Assembly (NCBI RefSeq): GCF_009914755.1
Contig: NC_060948.1
Direction: 5' to 3' (one strand)
DNA from: the human T2T-CHM13v2.0 reference genome, Homo sapiens
Length of the DNA stretch: 64,000 nucleotides
A program made the translations under genes and the position numbers. A model generated the notes under the pieces. That model saw only the letters and a program-made list of their open reading frames with translations, was not told the DNA's origin and did not search any database. The first letter of the stretch is position 1. Each line of letters opens with the position of its first letter. Below are positions 1 through 20,058 of the stretch, piece by piece.

Positions 1-70
1 TCTTGATCTCTTCACCTTGTGATCCCCTTGACTTGACGTCCAAATTTGCTGGGATTACAGGCCTGAGCCA
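1..70 (-). mobile_element. Partial antisense Alu cut by the window edge (DYZ2 component)
   Basis: tcttgatctc...gtgatcc...gctgggattacaggcctgagcca is the reverse complement of the Alu left-arm 5' portion. Confidence 0.9.
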
Positions 71-636
71 AGATCCATATTTTTTAAATGAAAAAAAATT
101 TCAAAGGTACTCTGCTTGGTACAATAATCAAATGTATAAACTGAGGAATAAAACATAACCATGAAACCTACTTATAACTGCATATGGAAAATACAGAGGA
201 TAATTTTTTAAATAACATATTTTGAAAGCCTTAACTAGTAATTTGAAGAGTTGGCATTTGAAAGGCCAGTATGAATATACCTTCAAAGCAGCAACACAGG
301 TTCCCCATGAGAAAAAGCAAACTCAGGGAAAATAAAACCACAAAGGTTCAATCTCTTCTGACCTTTGAAAGACACAGCACAGACAGTGGTCCTTAGGACG
401 AAGAGCAGGAGACCCCTAATTCCGTCACCATGGCGATAGGGCATAAACATTGCTGGGTGAGGGCACAATCCACATTGTGAGGTCCAACTGCTGCCAGGAA
501 GACAGGAGTGCTTTTACATAGACCGAAAGGTCATTGAAGGTTCAGAGTTTTGTTTCAAGAACTGAATCCCAAGCCCACACGTTATTAGGCTGCGCTTCTT
601 AAAACAAGTTATGAGATGGGAAAAAGGGCACCTACA
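71..636. repeat. HSATI-like GC-moderate segment of the DYZ2 unit (representative copy)
   Basis: A ~570-bp complex segment between the Alu end and the AT-rich block, conserved across units. Its position and size match the HSATI component of DYZ2. The identity is recalled from known structure, not aligned. Confidence 0.75.
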
Positions 637-2486
<1,850 letters not shown>

Positions 2487-4585
2487 AGATCCATATTTTT
2501 TAAATGAAAAAAAATTTCAAAGGTACTCTGCTTGGTACAATAATCAAATGTATAAACTGAGGAATAAAACATAACCATGAAACCTACTTATAACTGCATA
2601 TGGAAAATACAGAGGATAATTTTTTAAATAACATATTTTGAAAGCCTTAACTAGTAATTTGAAGAGTTGGCATTTGAAAGGCCAGTATGAATACACCTTC
2701 AAAGCAGCAACACAGGTTCCCCATGAGAAAAAGCAAACTCAGGGAAAATAAAACCACAAAGGTTCAATCTCTTCTGACCTTTGAAAGACACAGCACAGAC
2801 AGTGGTCCTTAGGACGAAGAGCAGGAGACCCCTAATTCCGTCACCATGGCGATAGGGCATAAACATTGCTGGGTGAGGGCACAATCCACATTGTGAGGTC
2901 CAACTGCTGCCAGGAAGACAGGAGTGCTTTTACATAGACCGAAAGGTCATTGAAGGCTCAGAGTTTTGTTTCAAGAACTGAATCCCAAGCCCACACGTTA
3001 TTAGGCTGCGCTTCTTAAAACAAGTTATGAGATGGGAAAAAGGGCACCTACAAACATACGTATACATTATGTATATAATAATATACAGTATCATATATAT
3101 AATATATATAACCTATGTATAATATTGTTTTACATCCTGCATCTTATATTATATATATTGTATAAAATATAATAATTGATAATATATAAATTTTATATTT
3201 ATACAATATGACATATAGTATATATTATAATTTATTACATATATAATATATGTTATATATCATATATAGAATATATTATACGGTTAATATACGTATTAAA
3301 TATAAATTATACATTATATATATTATATATAATATATCTGCTATATATAATACCCATTGTGCATAATATATATATTATGTCTATGTTATATAATATAAAA
3401 CAACATATAATAATATATAATTGTATATATAAAACGCGACATATAATATATATTATATTTTATGACATATGTAATATATATTATATATTATATATAATAC
3501 GTTGTATGTATAATACCTATATTAAATATAAATTATATGACTATGTTATTAATTACATGTCACATATGTTATATATTATATATTTTACATAGAATATACC
3601 GGTTACATACAATATATACTATGTTACCTATAATGTATAATTTATTACATGTAAAATAAAGAATGCAATATATTATGTATAATTTATAATATACAATATG
3701 TGGAATGTGATATATATAACATATAATATATGATATATGATATACAGTATATGATATATAATATACAATATATGATACCTAATATATATGGTATACAATA
3801 TATATTTTATGATATGTATTCTATATGTTTTATATTCTGATATATATAACTATTTGAAATTATATATAACTGTATAATATTTTATGTAAATATGTAATAT
3901 AATATATAACTATATAATATATTATATATAACTATATATAATGTTATATATACTTTTATAACATAATTTACATAAAATATCATAATATAATATATATTAT
4001 ATTATTTCATATTACATAATATATATTACATATCACCCAATATAAGTAACATACATAATATTATAATATAGATTATATTATGTTATATTAAATATCATAT
4101 ATATCATGTATCATATATTCTATAATATATATGATACATTATATAATATGTATGCTGTCTATTATGTGATATATATAACTATATATAATTATATTATTAT
4201 ACATATTACTAGATAAACATGTAATTCTACATATTTTCATTTATAATATATAGAATTATATAATCATATATAATTATTTATATTCTATAAAAAATTATAT
4301 CATTATATAAATTATAATATATAAAAATTATAATATGTACTACAAATATATATATTATATATCATATATGATATAGTACCTTTGTTATATATCATAATAC
4401 ATATAAATGTGTATTATGTTATCTATAATTATATAATTTCATATATAAGATGTATAATATGTATTATATATTATATATGTTATGTAATATATATAGTATA
4501 TATAAGATGACACAGGATAAATATTATATACTATGACATATAAAATATATGAGGTTATATGTTACATATAAGGCATAGCACATAA

Positions 4586-4773
<188 letters not shown>

Positions 4774-5761
4774 TAGCTAATTTTTTGGATTTTTAGTAGT
4801 GACAGCGTTTCACTGTATTGGCCAGGATGGTCTTGATCTCTTCACCTTGTGATCCCCTTGCCTTGGCCTCCAAATTTGCTGGGATTACAGGCCTGAGCCA
4901 AGATCCATATTTTTTAAATGAAAAAAAATTTCAAAGGTACTCTGCTTGGTACAATAATCAAATGTATAAACTGAGGAATAAAACATAACCATGAAACCTA
5001 CTTATAACTGCATATGGAAAATACAGAGGATAATTTTTTAAATCACATATTTTGAAAGCCTTAACTAGTAATTTGAAGAGTTGGCATTTGAAAGGCCAGT
5101 ATGAATATACCTTCAAAGCAGCAACACAGGTTCCCCATGAGAAAAAGCAAACTCAGGGAAAATAAAACCACAAAGGTTCAATCTCTTCTGACCTTTGAAA
5201 GACACAGCACAGACAGTGGTCCTTAGGACGAAGAGCAGGAGACCCCTAATTCCGTCACCATGGCGATAGCGCATAAACATTGCTGGGTGAGGGCACAATC
5301 CACATTGTGAGGTCCAACTGCTGCCAGGAAGACAGGAGTGCTTTTACATAGACCGAAAGGTCATTGAAGGCTCAGAGTTTTGTTTCAAGAACTGAATCCC
5401 AAGCCCACACGTTATTAGGCTGCGCTTCTTAAAACAAGTTATGAGATGGGAAAAAGGGCACCCACAAACATACGTATACATTATGTATATAATAATATAC
5501 AGTATCATATATATAATATATATAACCTATGTATAATATTGTTTTACATCCTGCATCTTATATTATATATATTGTATAAAATATAATAATTGATAAAATA
5601 TAAGTTTTATATTTATACAATATGACATATAGTATATATTATAATTTATGACATATATAATATATGTTATATATCATATATAGAATATATTATACGGTTA
5701 ATATACGTATTAAATATAAATTATACATTATATATATTATATAAAATATATCTGTTATATA

Positions 5762-7391
5762 TAATACCCATTATGCATAATATATATATTATGTCTATGT
5801 TATATATACTATAAAACAACATATAATAATATATAACTGTATATATAAAATGCGACATATAATATATATTATATTTTATGACATATGTAATATATATTAT
5901 ATATTATATATAATACGTTGTATGTATAATACCTATATTAAATATATATTATATGACTATGTTATTAATTACATGTCACATATGTTATATATTATATATT
6001 TTACATAGAATATACCGGTTACATACAATATATACTATGTTACCTATAATGTATAATTGATTACATGTAAAATAAAGAATGCAATATATTATGTATAATT
6101 TATAATATACAATATGTGGAATGTGATATATATAACATATAATATATGATATATGATATACAGTATATGATATATAACATACAATATATGATACCTGATA
6201 TATATGGTATACAATATATATTTTATGATATGTATTCTCTATGTTTTATATTCTGTTATATATAACTATTTGAAATTATATATAACTGTATAATATTTTA
6301 TGTAAATATGTAATATAATATATATAACTATATAATATTTTATATATAACTATATATTATGTTATATATACTTTTATAACATAATTTACATAAAATATCA
6401 TAATATAATATATATTATATTATTTCATATTACATAATATACATTCCATATGACCCAATATAAGTAACATACATAATATTATAATATAGATTATATTATG
6501 TTATATTAAATTTCATATATATCATGTATCATATATTCCATTATATATTATACATTATATAATATGTATGTTGTCTAATACCCATTATGCATAATATATA
6601 TATTATGTCTATGTTATATATAGTATAAAACAACATATAATAATATATAATTGTATATATAAAATGCGACATATAATATATATTATATTTTATAACATAT
6701 GTAATATATATTATATATTATATATAATATGTTGTATGTATAATACCTATATTAAATATATATTATTTGACTATGTTATTAATTACATGTCACATGTGTT
6801 ATATATTGTATATTTTACATAGAATATATCAGTTACATACAATATATACTATGTTACCAATAATGTATAATTTATTACATGTAAAATAAAGAATGCAATA
6901 TATTATGTATAATTTATAATATACCATATGTGGAATGGATATATATAACATATAATATATGATATATGATATACAGTATATGATATATAACATACAATAT
7001 ATGATTCCTAATATATATGGTATACAATATATATTTTATGATATGTATTCTATATGTTTTATATTCTGTTATATATAACTATTTGAAATTATATATAACT
7101 GTATAATATTTTATGTAAATATGTAATATAATATATATAACTATATAATATATTATATATAGCTATATATTATGTTATATATACTTTCATAACATAATTT
7201 ACATAAAATATCATAATATAATATATATTATATTATTTCATATTACATAATATATATTACATATCACCCAATATAACTAACATACATAATATTATAATAT
7301 AGATTATATTATGTTATATTAAATATCATATAAATCATGTATCATATATTCTATAATATATATTACACATTATATAATATGTATGTTGTCT
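5762..7391. repeat. ~814-bp direct duplication inside the AT-rich part of DYZ2 unit 3
   Basis: ORF spacing 5113 to 8346 is 3233 bp (~2419+814). At ~6576 the sequence reads gtatgttgtc-taatacccattatgc, returning to the motif first seen at 5762. Confidence 0.9.
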
Positions 7392-7818
7392 ATTATGTGA
7401 TATATATAACTATATGTATAATTATATTTTTATACATATAACTAGATAAACATGTAATTCTACATATTTTCATTTATAATATGTAGAATTATATAATCAT
7501 ATATAATTATTTATATTCTATAAAAAATTTTATCATTACATAAATTATAATATATAAAAATTATAATATGTACTACAAATATATATATTATATATCATAT
7601 ATGATATAGTACCTTTGTTATATATCATAATACATATAAATGTGTATTATGTTATCTATAATTATATAATTTCATATATAAGATGTATAATATGTATCAT
7701 ATATTATATATGTTATGTAATATATATAGTATATATAAGATGACACAGGATAAATATTACATACTATGACATATAAAATATATCAGGTTATATGTTACAT
7801 ATAAGGCATAGCACATAA

Positions 7819-7959
<141 letters not shown>

Positions 7960-10238
7960 TAGCTGGGACTACACCACACTGGGACTACACCAGCTGCCAC
8001 CATGCCTAGCTAATTTTTTGGATTTTTAGTAGTGACAGCGTTTCACTGTATTGGCCAGGATGGTCTTGATCTCTTCACCTTGTAATCCCCTTGCCTTGGC
8101 CTCCAAATTTGCTGGGATTACAGGCCTGAGCCAAGATCCATATTTTTTAAATGAAAAAAAATTTCAAAGGTACTCTGCTTGGTACAATAATCAAATGTAT
8201 AAACTGAGGAATAAAACATAACCATGAAACCTACTTATAACTGCATATGGAAAATACAGAGGATAATTTTTTAAATAACATATTTTGAAAGCCTTAACTA
8301 GTAATTTGAAGAGCTGGCATTTGAAAGGCCAGTATGAATATACATTCAAATCAGCAACACAGGTTCCCCATGAGAAAAAGCAAACACAGGGAAAATAAAA
8401 ACACAAAGGTTCAATCTCTTCTGACCTTTGAAAGACACAGCACAGACAGTGGTCCTTAGGACGAAGAGCAGGAGACCCCTAATTCCGTCACCATGGCGAT
8501 AGGGCATAAACATTGCTGGGTGAGGGCACAATCCACATTGTGAGGTCCAACTGCTGCCAGGAAGACAGGAGTGCTTTTACATAGACCGAAAGGTCATTGA
8601 AGGCTCAGAGTTTTGTTTCAAGAACTGAATCCCAAGCCCACACGTTATTAGGCTGCGCTTCTTAAAACAAGTTATGAGATGGGAAAAAGGGCACCCACAA
8701 ACATACGTATACATTATGTATATAATAATATACAGTGTCATATATTTAATATATATAACCTATGTATAATATTGTTTTACATCCTGCATCTTATGTTATA
8801 TATATTGTATAAAATATAATAATTGATAATATATAAGTTTTATAATTATACAATATGACATATAGTATATATTATAATTTATGACATATATAATATATGT
8901 TATATGTCATATATAGAATATATTATACGGTTAATATACGTATTAAATATAAATTACACATTATATATATTATATATAATATATCTGTTATATATAATAC
9001 CCATTATGCATAATATATATATTATGTCTATGTTATATATAGTATAAAACAACATATAATAATATATAATTGTATATATAAAATGCGACATATAATATAT
9101 ATTATATTTTATAACATATGTAATATATATTATATATTATATATAATACGTTGTATGTATAATACCTATATTAAATATATATTATATGACTATGTTATTA
9201 ATTACATGTCACATGTGTTATATATTATATATTTTACATAGAATATACCGGTTACATACAATATATACTATGTTACCTATAATGTATAATTTATTACATG
9301 TAAAATAAAGAATGCAATATATTATGTATAATTTATAATATACCATATGTGGAATGTGATATATATAACATATAATATATGATATATGATATACAGTATA
9401 TGATATATAACATACAATATATGATTCCTAATATATATTGTATACAATATATATTTTATGATATGTATTCTATATGTTTTATATTCTGTTATATATAACT
9501 ATTTGAAATTATATATAACTGTATACTATTTTATGTAAATATGTAATATAATATATATAACTATATAATATATTACATATAACTATATATTATGTTATAT
9601 ATACTTTTATAACATAATTTACATAAAATATCATAATGTAATATATATTATATTATTTCATATTACATAATATATATTACATATCACCCAATATAACTAA
9701 CATACATAATATTATAATATAGATTATATTGTGTTATATTAAATATCATATATATCATGTATCATATATTCTATAATATATATTACACATTATATAATAT
9801 GTATGTTGTCTATTATGTGATATATATAACTATATATATAATTATATTTTTATACATATAACTAGATAAACATGTAATTCTACATATTTTCATTTATAAT
9901 ATGTAGAATTATATAATCATATATAATTATTTATATTCTATAAAAAATTTTATCATTACATAAATTATAATATATAAAAATTATAATATGTACTACAAAT
10001 ATATATATTATATATCATATATGATATAGTACCTTTGTTATATATCATAATACATATAAATGTGTATTATGTTATCTATAATTATATAATTTCATATATA
10101 AGATGTATAATATGTATCATATATTATATATGTTATGTAATATATATAGTATATATAAGATGACACAGGATAAATATTACATACTATGACATATAAAATA
10201 TATCAGGTTATATGTTACATATAAGGCATAGCACATAA

Positions 10239-10379
<141 letters not shown>

Positions 10380-12658
10380 TAGCTGGGACTACACCACACT
10401 GGGACTACACCAGCTGCCACCATGCCTAGCTAATTTTTTGGATTTTTAGTAGTGACAGCGTTTCACTGTATTGGCCAGGATGGTCTTGATCTCTTCACCT
10501 TGTAATCCCCTTGCCTTGGCCTCCAAATTTGCTGGGATTACAGGCCTGAGCCAAGATCCATATTTTTTAAATGAAAAAAAATTTCAAAGGTACTCTGCTT
10601 GGTACAATAATCAAATGTATAAACTGAGGAATAAAACATAACCATGAAACCTACTTATAACTGCATATGGAAAATACAGAGGATAATTTTTTAAATAACA
10701 TATTTTGAAAGCCTTAACTAGTAATTTGAAGAGCTGGCATTTGAAAGGCCAGTATGAATATACATTCAAATCAGCAACACAGGTTCCCCATGAGAAAAAG
10801 CAAACACAGGGAAAATAAAAACACAAAGGTTCAATCTCTTCTGACCTTTGAAAGACACAGCACAGACAGTGGTCCTTAGGACGAAGAGCAGGAGACCCCT
10901 AATTCCGTCACCATGGCGATAGGGCATAAACATTGCTGGGTGAGGGCACAATCCACATTGTGAGGTCCAACTGCTGCCAGGAAGACAGGAGTGCTTTTAC
11001 ATAGACCGAAAGGTCATTGAAGGCTCAGAGTTTTGTTTCAAGAACTGAATCCCAAGCCCACACGTTATTAGGCTGCGCTTCTTAAAACAAGTTATGAGAT
11101 GGGAAAAAGGGCACCCACAAACATACGTATACATTATGTATATAATAATATACAGTGTCATATATTTAATATATATAACCTATGTATAATATTGTTTTAC
11201 ATCCTGCATCTTATGTTATATATATTGTATAAAATATAATAATTGATAATATATAAGTTTTATAATTATACAATATGACATATAGTATATATTATAATTT
11301 ATGACATATATAATATATGTTATATGTCATATATAGAATATATTATACGGTTAATATACGTATTAAATATAAATTACACATTATATATATTATATATAAT
11401 ATATCTGTTATATATAATACCCATTATGCATAATATATATATTATGTCTATGTTATATATAGTATAAAACAACATATAATAATATATAATTGTATATATA
11501 AAATGCGACATATAATATATATTATATTTTATAACATATGTAATATATATTATATATTATATATAATACGTTGTATGTATAATACCTATATTAAATATAT
11601 ATTATATGACTATGTTATTAATTACATGTCACATGTGTTATATATTATATATTTTACATAGAATATACCGGTTACATACAATATATACTATGTTACCTAT
11701 AATGTATAATTTATTACATGTAAAATAAAGAATGCAATATATTATGTATAATTTATAATATACCATATGTGGAATGTGATATATATAACATATAATATAT
11801 GATATATGATATACAGTATATGATATATAACATACAATATATGATTCCTAATATATATTGTATACAATATATATTTTATGATATGTATTCTATATGTTTT
11901 ATATTCTGTTATATATAACTATTTGAAATTATATATAACTGTATAATATTTTATGTAAATATGTAATATAATATATATAACTATATAATATATTACATAT
12001 AACTATATATTATGTTATATATACTTTTATAACATAATTTACATAAAATATCATAATGTAATATATATTATATTATTTCATATTACATAATATATATTAC
12101 ATATCACCCAATATAACTAACATACATAATATTATAATATAGATTATATTGTGTTATATTAAATATCATATATATCATGTATCATATATTCTATAATATA
12201 TATTACACATTATATAATATGTATGTTGTCTATTATGTGATATATATAACTATATATATAATTATATTTTTATACATATAACTAGATAAACATGTAATTC
12301 TACATATTTTCATTTATAATATGTAGAATTATATAATCATATATAATTATTTATATTCTATAAAAAATTTTATCATTATATAAATTATAATATATAAAAA
12401 TTATAATATGTACTACAAATATATATATTATATATCATATATGATATAGTACCTTTGTTATATATCATAATACATATAAATGTGTATTATGTTATCTATA
12501 ATTATATAATTTCATATATAAGATGTATAATATGTATCATATATTATATATGTTATGTAATATATATAGTATATATAAGATGACACAGGATAAATATTAT
12601 ATACTATGACATATAAAATATATCAGGTTATATGTTACATATAAGGCATAGCACATAA

Positions 12659-12799
<141 letters not shown>

Positions 12800-15700
12800 T
12801 AGCTGGGACTACACCACACTGGGAATACACCAGCTGCCACCATGCCTAGCTAATTTTTTGGATTTTTAGTAGTGACAGCGTTTCACTGTATTGGCCAGGA
12901 TGGTCTTGATCTCTTCACCTTGTGATCCCCTTGCCTTGGCCTCCAAATTTGCTGGGATTACAGGCCTGAGCCAAGATCCATATTTTTTAAATGAAAAAAA
13001 ATTTCAAAGGTACTCTGCTTGGTACAATAATCAAATGTATAAACTGAGGAATAAAACATAACCATGAAACCTACTTATAACTGCATATGGAAAATACAGA
13101 GGATAATTTTTTAAATAACATATTTTGAAAGCCTTAACTAGCAATTTGAAGAGTTGGCATTTGAAAGGCCAGTATGAATATACCTTCAAATCAGCAACAC
13201 AGGTTCCCCATGAGAAAAAGCAAACACAGGGAAAATAAAAACACAAAGGTTCAATCTCTTTTGACCTTTGAAAGACACAGCACAGACAGTGGTCCTTAGG
13301 ACGAAGAGCAGGAGACCCCTAATTCCGTCACCATGGCGATAGGGCATAAACATTGCTGGGTGAGGGCACAATCCACATTGTGAGGTCCAACTGCTGCCAG
13401 GAAGACAGGAGTGCTTTTACATAGACCGAAAGGTCATTGAAGGCTCAGAGTTTTGTTTCAAGAACTGAATCCCAAGCCCACACGTTATTAGGCTGCGCTT
13501 CTTAAAACAAGTTATGAGATGGGAAAAAGGGCACCCACAAACATACGTATACATTATGTATATAATAATATACAGTATCATATATATAATATATATAACC
13601 TATGTATAATATTGTTTTACATCCTGCATCTTATGTTATATATATTGTATAAAATATAATAATTGATAATATATAAGATTTATAATTATACAATATGACA
13701 TATAGTATATATTATAATTTATGACATATATAATATATGTTATATATCATATGTAGAATATATTATACGGTTAATATACGTATTAAATATAAATTATACA
13801 TTATATATATTATATATAATATATCTGTTATATATAATACACATTATGCATAATATATATATTATGTCTATGTTATATATAGTATAAAACAACATATAAT
13901 AATGTATAATTGTATATATAAAATGCGACATATAATATATATTATATTTTATAACATATGTAATATATACTATATATTATATATAATACGTTGTATGTAT
14001 AATACCTATATTAAATATATATTATATGACTATGTTATTAATTACATGTCACATGTGTTATATATTATACATTTTACATAGAATATACCGGTTACATACA
14101 ATATATACTATGTTACCTATAATGTGTAATTTATTACATGTAAAATAAAGAATGCAATATATTATGTATAATTTATAATATACAATATGTGGAATGTGAT
14201 ATAGATAACATATAATATATGATATATGATATACAGTATATGATATATAACATACAATATATGATTCCTAATATATATGGTATACAATATATATTTTATG
14301 ATATGTATTCTATATGTTTTATATTCTGTTATATATAACTATTTGAAATTATATATAACTGTATAATATTTTATGTAAATATGTAATATAATATATATAA
14401 CTATATAATATATTATAGATAACTATATATTATGTTATATATACTTTTATAACATAATTTACATAAAATATCATAATATAATATATATTATATTATTTCA
14501 TATTACATAATATATATTACATATCACCCAATATAACTAACATACATAATATTATAATATAGATTATATTGTGTTATATTATATATCATATATATCATGT
14601 ATCATATATTCTATAATATATATTACACATTATATAATATGTATGTTGTCTATTATGTGATATATATAACTATATATATAATTATATTTTTATACATATA
14701 ACTAGATAAACATGTAATTCTACATATTTTCATTTATAATATGTAGAATTATATAATCATATATAATTATTTATATTCTATAAAAAATTTTATCATTATA
14801 TAAATTATAATATATAAAAATTATAATATGTACTACAAATATATATATTATATATCATATATGATATAGTACCTTTGTTATATATCATAATACATATAAA
14901 TGTGTATTATGTTATCTATAATTATATAATTTCATATATAAGATGTACAATATGTATCATATATTATATATGTTATGTAATATATATAGTATATATAAGA
15001 TGACACAGGATAAATATTATATACTATGACATATAAAATATATCAGGTTATATGTTACATATAAGGCATAGCACATAACATGTAATATGTATCATATATA
15101 ATTTTTTTTTAGACAGAATCTTGTCCTGTTGCACAGGGTGGGGTACAATGGCGCCATCTTTGCTCACTGCAACTTCTGCCTCATGGGTCCAAGCGATTGT
15201 CCTCCCTCAGCCTCCCAGGTAGCTGGGACTACACCACACTGGGACTACACCAGCTGCCACCATGCCTAGCTAATTTTTTGTATTTTTAGTAGTGACAGCG
15301 TTTCACTGTATTGGCCAGGATGGTCTTGATCTCTTCACCTTGTGATCCCCTTGCCTTGGCCTCCAAATTTGCTGGGATTACAGGCCTGAGCCAAGATCCA
15401 TATTTTTTAAATGAAAAAAAATTTCAAAGGTACTCTGCTTGGTACAATAATCAAATGTATAAACTGAGGAATAAAACATAACCATGAAACCTACTTATAA
15501 CTGCATATGGAAAATACAGAGGATAATTTTTTAAATAACATATTTTGAAAGCCTTAACTAGTAATTTGAAGAGTTGGCATTTGAAAGGCCAGTATGAATA
15601 TACCTTCAAAGCAGCAACACAGGTTCCCCATGAGAAAAAGCAAACACAGGGAAAATAAAAACACAAAGGTTCAATCTCTTCTGACCTTTGAAAGACACAG

Positions 15701-17497
15701 CACAGACAGTGGTCCTTAGGACGAAGAGCAGGAGACCCCTAATTCCGTCACCATGGCGATAGGGCATAAACATTGCTGGGTGAGGGCACAATCCACATTG
15801 TGAGGTCCAACTGCTGCCAGGAAGACAGGAGTGCTTTTACATAGACCGAAAGGTCATTGAAGGCTCAGAGTTTTGTTTCAAGAACTGAATCCCAAGCCCA
15901 CACGTTATTAGGCTGCGCTTCTTAAAACAAGTTATGAGATGGGAAAAAGGGCACCCACAAACATACGTATACATTATGTATATAATAATATACAGTATCA
16001 TATATATACTATATATAACCTATGTATAATATTGTTTTACATCCTGCATCTTATGTTATATATATTGTATAAAATATAATAATTGATAATATATAAGTTT
16101 TATAAATATACAATATGACATATAGTATATATTATAATTTATGACATATATAATATATGTTATATGTCATATATAGAATATATTATACGGTTAATATACG
16201 TATTAAATATAAATTATACATTATATATATTATATATAATATATCTGTTATATATAATACCCATTATGCATAATATATATATTATGTCTATGTTATATAT
16301 AGTATAAAACAACATATAATAATATATAATTGTATATATAAAATGCGACATATAATATATATTATATTTTATAACATATGTAATATATATTATATATTAT
16401 ATATAATATGTTGTATGTATAATACCTATATTAAATATATATTATTTGACTATGTTATTAATTACATGTCACATGTGTTATATATTGTATATTTTACATA
16501 GAATATATCGGTTACATACAATATATACTATGTTACCTATAATGTATAATTTATTACATGTAAAATAAAGAATGCAATATATTATGTATAATTTATAATA
16601 TACCATATGTGGAATGGATATATATAACATATAATATATGATATATGATATACAGTATATGATATATAACATACAATATATGATTCCTAATATATATGGT
16701 ATACAATATATATTTTATGATATGTATTCTATATGTTTTATATTCTGTTATATATAACTATTTGAAATTATATATAACTGTATAATATTTTATGTAAATA
16801 TGTAATATAATATATATAACTATATAATATATTATATATAACTATATATTATGTTATATATACTTTCATAACATAATTTACATAAAATATCATAATATAA
16901 TATATATTATATTATTTCATATTACATAATATATATTACATATCACCCAATATAACTAACATACATAATATTATAATATAGATTATATTATGTTATATTA
17001 AATATCATATAAATCATGTATCATATATTCTATAATATATATTACACATTATATAATATGTATGTTGTCTATTATGTGATATATATAACTATATATATAA
17101 TTATATTTTTATACATATAACTAGATAAACATGTAATTCTACATATTTTCATTTATAATATGTAGAATTATATAATCATATATAATTATTTATATTCTAT
17201 AAAAAATTTTATCATTACATAAATTATAATATATAAAAATTATAATATGTACTACAAATATATATATTATATATCATATATGATATAGTACCTTTGTTAT
17301 ATATCATAATACATATAAATGTGTATTATGTTATCTATAATTATATAATTTCATATATAAGATGTATAATATGTATCATATATTATATATGTTATGTAAT
17401 ATATATAGTATATATAAGATGACACAGGATAAATATTATATACTATGACATATAAAATATATGAGGTTATATGTTACATATAAGGCATAGCACATAA

Positions 17498-17638
<141 letters not shown>

Positions 17639-19917
17639 TAGCTGGGACTACACCACACTGGGACTACACCAGCTGCCACCATGCCTAGCTAATTTTTTGG
17701 ATTTTTAGTAGTGACAGCGTTTCACTGTATTGGCCAGGATGGTCTTGATCTCTTCACCTTGTGATCCCCTTGCCTTGGCCTCCAAATTTGCTGGGATTAC
17801 AGGCCTGAGCCAAGATCCATATTTTTTAAATGAAAAAAAATTTCAAAGGTACTCTGCTTGGTACAATAATCAAATGTATAAACTGAGGAATAAAACATAA
17901 CCATGAAACCTACTTATAACTGCATATGGAAAATACAGAGGATAATTTTTTAAATAACATATTTTGAAAGCCTTAACTAGTAATTTGAAGAGCTGGCATT
18001 TGAAAGGCCAGTATGAATATACATTCAAATCAGCAACACAGGTTCCCCATGAGAAAAAGCAAACACAGGGAAAATAAAAACACAAAGGTTCAATCTCTTC
18101 TGACCTTTGAAAGACACAGCACAGACAGTGGTCCTTAGGACGAAGAGCAGGAGACCCCTAATTCCGTCACCATGGCGATAGGGCATAAACATTGCTGGGT
18201 GAGGGCACAATCCACATTGTGAGGTCCAACTGCTGCCAGGAAGACAGGAGTGCTTTTACATAGACCGAAAGGTCATTGAAGGCTCAGAGTTTTGTTTCAA
18301 GAACTGAATCCCAAGCCCACACGTTATTAGGCTGCGCTTCTTAAAACAAGTTATGAGATGGGAAAAAGGGCACCCACAAACATACGTATACATTATGTAT
18401 ATAATAATATACAGTGTCATATATTTAATATATATAACCTATGTATAATATTGTTTTACATCCTGCATCTTATGTTATATATATTGTATAAAATATAATA
18501 ATTGATAATATATAAGTTTTATAATTATACAATATGACATATAGTATATATTATAATTTATGACATATATAATATATGTTATATGTCATATATAGAATAT
18601 ATTATACGGTTAATATACGTATTAAATATAAATTACACATTATATATATTATATATAATATATCTGTTATATATAATACCCATTATGCATAATATATATA
18701 TTATGTCTATGTTATATATAGTATAAAACAACATATAATAATATATAATTGTATATATAAAATGCGACATATAATATATATTATATTTTATAACATATGT
18801 AATATATATTATATATTATATATAATACGTTGTATGTATAATACCTATATTAAATATATATTATATGACTATGTTATTAATTACATGTCACATGTGTTAT
18901 ATATTATATATTTTACATAGAATATACCGGTTACATACAATATATACTATGTTACCTATAATGTATAATTTATTACATGTAAAATAAAGAATGCAATATA
19001 TTATGTATAATTTATAATATACCATATGTGGAATGTGATATATATAACATATAATATATGATATATGATATACAGTATATGATATATAACATACAATATA
19101 TGATTCCTAATATATATTGTATACAATATATATTTTATGATATGTATTCTATATGTTTTATATTCTGTTATATATAACTATTTGAAATTATATATAACTG
19201 TATAATATTTTATGTAAATATGTAATATAATATATATAACTATATAATATATTACATATAACTATATATTATGTTATATATACTTTTATAACATAATTTA
19301 CATAAAATATCATAATGTAATATATATTATATTATTTCATATTACATAATATATATTACATATCACCCAATATAACTAACATACATAATATTATAATATA
19401 GATTATATTGTGTTATATTAAATATCATATATATCATGTATCATATATTCTATAATATATATTACACATTATATAATATGTATGTTGTCTATTATGTGAT
19501 ATATATAACTATATATATAATTATATTTTTATACATATAACTAGATAAACATGTAATTCTACATATTTTCATTTATAATATGTAGAATTATATAATCATA
19601 TATAATTATTTATATTCTATAAAAAATTTTATCATTATATAAATTATAATATATAAAAATTATAATATGTACTACAAATATATATATTATATATCATATA
19701 TGATATAGTACCTTTGTTATATATCATAATACATATAAATGTGTATTATGTTATCTATAATTATATAATTTCATATATAAGATGTATAATATGTATCATA
19801 TATTATATATGTTATGTAATATATATAGTATATATAAGATGACACAGGATAAATATTATATACTATGACATATAAAATATATCAGGTTATATGTTACATA
19901 TAAGGCATAGCACATAA

Positions 19918-20058
<141 letters not shown>

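Noticed and set aside
283-468. 61-aa minus-strand ORF (MCPHPAMF...) open in all 19 copies, and the overlapping 71-aa ORF
   Set aside because: Persistence is explained by the near-identity of satellite units. The ORFs are short, use non-ATG starts, have no recognisable domain, and their variants often change amino acids. Only ribosome profiling or proteomics could rescue them.
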